From the IMG/VR virus record IMGVR_UViG_3300011438_000156, positions 1 through 38,860 of that record: 38,860 nucleotides of DNA. The stretch is one strand, 5' to 3'. Made by a program: the position numbers and the translations under genes. Under the pieces are notes generated by a model that did no database searches, was not told the origin of the DNA, and saw only the letters and a list, made by a program, of their open reading frames with translations. This document shows positions 34,588-38,860 of this stretch, piece by piece (within the stretch, counting starts at the first letter, position 1; the number at the start of each line of letters is the position of its first letter). The stretch comes from a virus. Lineage: Duplodnaviria; Caudoviricetes.

Positions 34588-37097
34588 TGCCAAACTACGT
34601 CCCTGGAGTTGGTCCATTTGAGCCTAAGCTAATGATAATTGGCGAAGCTCCGGGTAAATATGAAAATGATTCAGGCGTTCCATTCGTAGGACCAACTGGT
34701 CAAGAATTAGATAAGTGTCTCTTTAAGGCTGGTATTAGACGTGATGAATGTTATATAACTAATGTAGTTAAATATCAACCACCGTTTAATGATTTTGAGA
34801 AGCTTCATCTTATAGGAGTAGATTTAAACACTTCAATTCAAGACCTCTGGGATAATGAAATTAAAAAATTCAATCCAAACTGTATCCTCGCTGTTGGAGA
34901 TCGTGCTCTTAACGCTGTCACTGATTACAGCGGTATACTTAATCATAGAGGAAGTATTCTATTAGCTAAGGATGCTAAAACCAAAGTAGTTCCAACTATC
35001 CACCCGGCTGCTCTATTTCCAAAGAATAAATACGGAGATGAAAATGAGCATGGTGGAAAATCTGGAGCATTACCTTGGACTTACATGAAGTTAATTGAAC
35101 ATGATATTATAAGAGCTAAAGAGGAATCTGAATCTCCTATTCTTAATCTCCCTGCAAGAGATTTAATGATTGCTAATAACAGCCTTGATGTATTTCGTTT
35201 CTTTCGAGAATATGAAAAACTTGATAAAGCTGTCATTGATATTGAATCAATTAATTGCGTTCCTGTTTGCCTCGGATTCGCTTTTAATAAACATCATGCG
35301 TTGTCTATTCCTCTTATTAGGTCTATTGGTAATATACAGTTTACTGATATGGGTTTTAATGAGATGTGCGAGGTATATCGTCTTATAGATAAAGCATTAA
35401 GAACTCTTAAACTTATAGGTCATGGCTTATCTTATGACCATTATAAATTATCACTCATGGGATTCCAACTTAAATATGTTTATTCTGACACATTAACTAA
35501 GACCCGTGTTCTTTTTCCAGAATTACCAATTAAACGTCTCCATGTAGTTTCCTCAATCTGGACTAGAGAACCATACTATAAAGAAGAAGGTAAAGAATTT
35601 CGTGTAGGCAAGGATAGACCAGAGCAACTATTAAAATATAATGGTAAAGATTGTGCTGTAACTTATGAGGTTGATGAGAAACAAGATATTGATTTAGATG
35701 AAATAGGACTACAATATAATGTTCCACTTAGAGACTACTATTACAATTATCAAATGAAGAAACATTATTTCTATCTTAATATGTCAAATAATGGATTTAA
35801 AGTAGATTTTGCTAGGCAAAAAGAATTAAAGACCAAATATAAAGAACTTCAAAAGGAAGTTCATGCTCGATTAGTAGCTTCTATAGGTGATGAAATAAAT
35901 GTAAAATCTAATCCTCAGAAGAAGAAACTTTTTTATGATATTATGAAATTTAAATATATGAAGAGAAATCCTACAGCTGAAGAGACTATTGTTACGTTAA
36001 TTAATAATCATTGTAAGGGAAATAAGGCTAAATTTAAACCAATACTTGAAGATATACTTGAAGAAACTAGAATACGAACTCAACTTAGCAGGGATATATC
36101 TTTCAAAGAAGATTATGATTTGAGGTGTAAATCCACCTTTAATGTAATAGCGACTGAGACTTGTAGAACAAGCACTGGTATATTAAAAAATCCACTTAGA
36201 CCAAAAGGAATGAAGATTGGTTTAGGTTTTCATATGATGGCTAAACATGGACGATTAGGTAAAGATGTCCGGTCTATGCTTATATGTGATACTGATATGG
36301 TAATGATTAAAGCAGATTCTTCTCAAGCAGAAGCTAGAGTTGTTGCTGTTTTAAGTGAAGACTGGGAATTACTTGAAGCATTCGATAAAATAGACATTCA
36401 TAGAAGAACAGCAGGATTACTTAATCAATGGACTAAAAAACTTGAATTGGGAGTCGATTTTAAACATGAGATTATAGACTCTCTTGATAGAGATTCTCCT
36501 GAAAGATTTACTGGTAAGAAAGTCAGGCACGCCGGGAATTATGATATGAAGAAGCATACCCTTATGATTGCTTATAATACAGATGCCCAAAAGTTTGATA
36601 TTAAAGCAGATATAAGTGAATGGAAAGCAGGTCAAATGCTTGACTTATTTCATGCTGCTAGTCCATTAATAAGAAATAGATTTCATGCAGATATTAAAGA
36701 CTGTATTAATTCTACTCGCCTTTTAATTGACCCGTTTGGTGGTCCACGTGTATTCAATGGAAAGCTTGAAGATGATACATATAGAGAGGGTTTTGCTAAT
36801 ATTCCTCAAAGAACAGTAGCTCATTTAGTTCAAGGTGCAGCATTAAAGATTGAAGAAGAATTAAATAATGACCTTCCTAAAACCTATATGTGGATGAGTG
36901 AAGATCATGATAGTTTAACTCTTCAAGCACCAGCAAATAATTGGGAGCCATACGCAAAGCTTATGAAAAAACACCTTCAAACACCAATCGACTTCAATGT
37001 CTATTGCTCTCTTAAAAGAGATGTTAGATTAATTATTCCTTCTGCTATTGAAATTTCTGATACACATTATGGTGCATTTAAGCAGGTGAAGATATGA
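34587..37097 (+). CDS. polA: Family A DNA polymerase with N-terminal family-4-like uracil-DNA glycosylase and 3'-5' exonuclease domains
   Basis: UDG: IGEAPG, PFVGPTG, TNVVK, HPAA. Exo: IDIES, YD, YNGKD. Pol: ADSSQAEARV, R...KKVRHAGNY, PQRTVA, HDSL. Confidence 0.93.
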   Translation: MPNYVPGVGPFEPKLMIIGEAPGKYENDSGVPFVGPTGQELDKCLFKAGIRRDECYITNVVKYQPPFNDFEKLHLIGVDLNTSIQDLWDNEIKKFNPNCILAVGDRALNAVTDYSGILNHRGSILLAKDAKTKVVPTIHPAALFPKNKYGDENEHGGKSGALPWTYMKLIEHDIIRAKEESESPILNLPARDLMIANNSLDVFRFFREYEKLDKAVIDIESINCVPVCLGFAFNKHHALSIPLIRSIGNIQFTDMGFNEMCEVYRLIDKALRTLKLIGHGLSYDHYKLSLMGFQLKYVYSDTLTKTRVLFPELPIKRLHVVSSIWTREPYYKEEGKEFRVGKDRPEQLLKYNGKDCAVTYEVDEKQDIDLDEIGLQYNVPLRDYYYNYQMKKHYFYLNMSNNGFKVDFARQKELKTKYKELQKEVHARLVASIGDEINVKSNPQKKKLFYDIMKFKYMKRNPTAEETIVTLINNHCKGNKAKFKPILEDILEETRIRTQLSRDISFKEDYDLRCKSTFNVIATETCRTSTGILKNPLRPKGMKIGLGFHMMAKHGRLGKDVRSMLICDTDMVMIKADSSQAEARVVAVLSEDWELLEAFDKIDIHRRTAGLLNQWTKKLELGVDFKHEIIDSLDRDSPERFTGKKVRHAGNYDMKKHTLMIAYNTDAQKFDIKADISEWKAGQMLDLFHAASPLIRNRFHADIKDCINSTRLLIDPFGGPRVFNGKLEDDTYREGFANIPQRTVAHLVQGAALKIEEELNNDLPKTYMWMSEDHDSLTLQAPANNWEPYAKLMKKHLQTPIDFNVYCSLKRDVRLIIPSAIEISDTHYGAFKQVKI

Positions 37098-37336
37098 AAG
37101 TTAAAAGTATAATGTTAGGGTCACATTTTCTAACTGATATATTAACAAATGGTAAAGTATTTGATTTTAAAGTAATAAAAGGATTACCTGAAGGATGTAA
37201 ATTTCATTATTGTTATCAAGCTGGAAGTCATGGTATATATGCTGTATTTGAACATGAATTATTTGAAGATGTTAAAGATGGAGCACTTATACCAGAATTA
37301 CCACCAGTTGAATTTTGGGCGAATAATATAATATGA
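37094..37336 (+). CDS. Hypothetical protein
   Basis: ATGA overlap; RBS AGGTG. Confidence 0.7.
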   Translation: MKVKSIMLGSHFLTDILTNGKVFDFKVIKGLPEGCKFHYCYQAGSHGIYAVFEHELFEDVKDGALIPELPPVEFWANNII

Positions 37337-37587
37337 CAGCTCAAGAATTAAGAGATCACTTTAATAGAGTTTATGGTATTGAGCATCCTTGGCCTAAGAC
37401 GTATGAAGTAGATGCTGAAACGTATGCTAATTGTTGTCAGGCTGTATTTGATTGGTTTATTGAACATAAAGAAATTCATAGATTAGCTAGTAATGAAGAA
37501 CGAGGAAATTATTATATGATACATTTACCTATAGGATTAAATGGGGGATTAAAATTTAAAGGAGTGGAGCTAATACTAAAACCATGA
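37333..37587 (+). CDS. Hypothetical protein
   Basis: ATGA overlap. Confidence 0.7.
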   Translation: MTAQELRDHFNRVYGIEHPWPKTYEVDAETYANCCQAVFDWFIEHKEIHRLASNEERGNYYMIHLPIGLNGGLKFKGVELILKP

Positions 37588-37805
37588 TTTGTATAATCGC
37601 AACATCACATCAGAGAGCTAGGAACTGGGCTAATAATCAAGGTCTTGAACCTAGTGAATGGTTCTATGTAGATAAACCTGAACAGTTAATCTCCTATGCT
37701 AACTTTCATACAATAGTAATTGAACCATTTCCAGATTTTATGTTAGGAATATTTGAGAAAATTTATCATACTGCAAAACAACGTGGAGCTATTGGAAGGA
37801 AATGA
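37584..37805 (+). CDS. Hypothetical protein
   Basis: ATGA overlap. Confidence 0.7.
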   Translation: MICIIATSHQRARNWANNQGLEPSEWFYVDKPEQLISYANFHTIVIEPFPDFMLGIFEKIYHTAKQRGAIGRK

Positions 37806-37972
37806 AAAATTCTTTTGAGAAGATTAAAGTTGAATTAAGTCTTAATCTTAGAGAAATGCATGTTTTACAACATATTGTTGGCAATGTAGTCCCTGATGGT
37901 AAAGAAAAAGAAATTTTAGTTATATATGTTTATAATAAGTTGACAGAAGAAATAAATAATTTTGATAAGTAG
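37802..37972 (+). CDS. 56-aa protein, not in the ORF track
   Basis: ATGA overlap; MKNSFEKIKVELSLNLREM... Confidence 0.65.
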   Translation: MKNSFEKIKVELSLNLREMHVLQHIVGNVVPDGKEKEILVIYVYNKLTEEINNFDK

Positions 37973-38860
37973 ATGAGCGATTCCTTCATCCATGATATTG
38001 TAGCAGACCATCAGGATGTAGAGACACCTATAAGTTGGATTTATTGGGCTTCGGTTTATTGTATAAGTTCAGTAGCTGCGAATTCTTATACTCTTAGGAG
38101 TCTTAAAGGCAAAGTAACTTATTATCCAAATATATATGTAATGCTCTTAGGTGAGTCCGGTTTAGGTAAAGGTTATCCAGTGAATCTAGCTAAGCGTTTT
38201 ATACAAGAAACTAACTCTACTAGAGTCATAGCTGGACGTTCTTCTATTCAGGCTATTATTAAAGAAGGCTCTACAGCAAAATCCAGACCTAATGGTTTGC
38301 CTCCAATTCTTGATAGTAGAATGGCTATTATTAATGGTGAACTCTCAAGCGCAATGATAGGTGACCCGCAAGCTTTGGAAATCTTAACTGATCTTTTTGA
38401 TAGAAACTATCATGATAAACCTTGGGTTAATTTACTTAAAGGAGACGGAGCTGAAATTCTTAAGGAACCTTATGTTACTTGTTTATTTGGTTCAAGCCCG
38501 GCACATTTCTATAATTCTATTCCTCAGCATAACATTGAGGGTGGATATATTGCTCGTAATTTAATGATATATGAAGAAACTAGAGCTAGAGATTTAGATT
38601 TATTAGATTCAGAAGAAGAATCAGAATTAGAGGATTGGTTTACTGGAACAGCAATTAAGAAATATCTACCACATCTAAATAAAATAGCAACTCATAAAGC
38701 ACGTCTAATACCATCTGAAGAAGCTAGATTACATTTCAATTCTTGGAGACGTGACTGGAGAAATAATCAAAAATCATATAATGATAAGACAGGTTTTATT
38801 AATCGTGTTCCAGATCATGTAATGAAAGTTGCTATGTGTCTTTGCCTTTCTCGATATGAG
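37973..38860 (+). CDS. DUF3987/YfjI-like AAA+ replicative helicase, truncated by the window end
   Basis: MSDSFIHDIV..ETP..W..YPNIYVMLLGESGLGKG (Walker A), IINGELSS, LTDLFD, EGGYIAR; frame open to the end. Confidence 0.8.
   Translation, partial: MSDSFIHDIVADHQDVETPISWIYWASVYCISSVAANSYTLRSLKGKVTYYPNIYVMLLGESGLGKGYPVNLAKRFIQETNSTRVIAGRSSIQAIIKEGSTAKSRPNGLPPILDSRMAIINGELSSAMIGDPQALEILTDLFDRNYHDKPWVNLLKGDGAEILKEPYVTCLFGSSPAHFYNSIPQHNIEGGYIARNLMIYEETRARDLDLLDSEEESELEDWFTGTAIKKYLPHLNKIATHKARLIPSEEARLHFNSWRRDWRNNQKSYNDKTGFINRVPDHVMKVAMCLCLSRYE

Noticed and set aside
23176-36635. Minus-strand ORFs in the right arm and nested alternative frames (e.g. 25176-25640, 28806-29114, 30397-30588, 35170-35388)
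   Set aside because: They overlap better-supported genes and have no independent signals
1-38860. Alternative genetic code
   Set aside because: Core genes are intact in code 11, and TAA, TAG and TGA all end genes at coupled junctions

Overview
The window is a large part of a low-GC tailed dsDNA phage genome, probably podovirus-like. It has two divergent arms. The minus strand (21042 down to 1) carries packaging, head, tail and lysis genes: putative TerS, TerL, portal, scaffold, major capsid, accessory head proteins, a beta-helix protein, tail adaptor/nozzle-like genes, collagen and collar-type fibres, an M15 endolysin and holin candidates. The plus strand (21446 to 38860) carries early and replication genes: many small Zn-ribbon proteins, an SNF2 helicase, a Cas4-like PD-(D/E)xK nuclease, a Sak4-like ATPase, a DUF669-like SSB, a NADAR-like protein, a UDG-PolA fusion and a truncated DUF3987-like helicase. 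I saw no integrase, tRNA, CRISPR array or reverse transcriptase. The strongest unexplained signals are six. (1) An 18-bp TGTC-N10-GACA box sits upstream of four sigma70-type promoters. (2) A RanBP2-type Zn-finger gene appears to start at AUU, with its RBS buried in a hairpin that can refold. (3) A tail-nozzle-like gene seems split into three ORFs around a passenger domain. (4) Two adjacent fibre/decoration-like proteins carry signal peptides. (5) An NPFAxK peptide recurs in three unrelated proteins. (6) Two large structured intergenic regions look like unclassified RNAs. All product calls come from reading motifs by eye; no database search was run.
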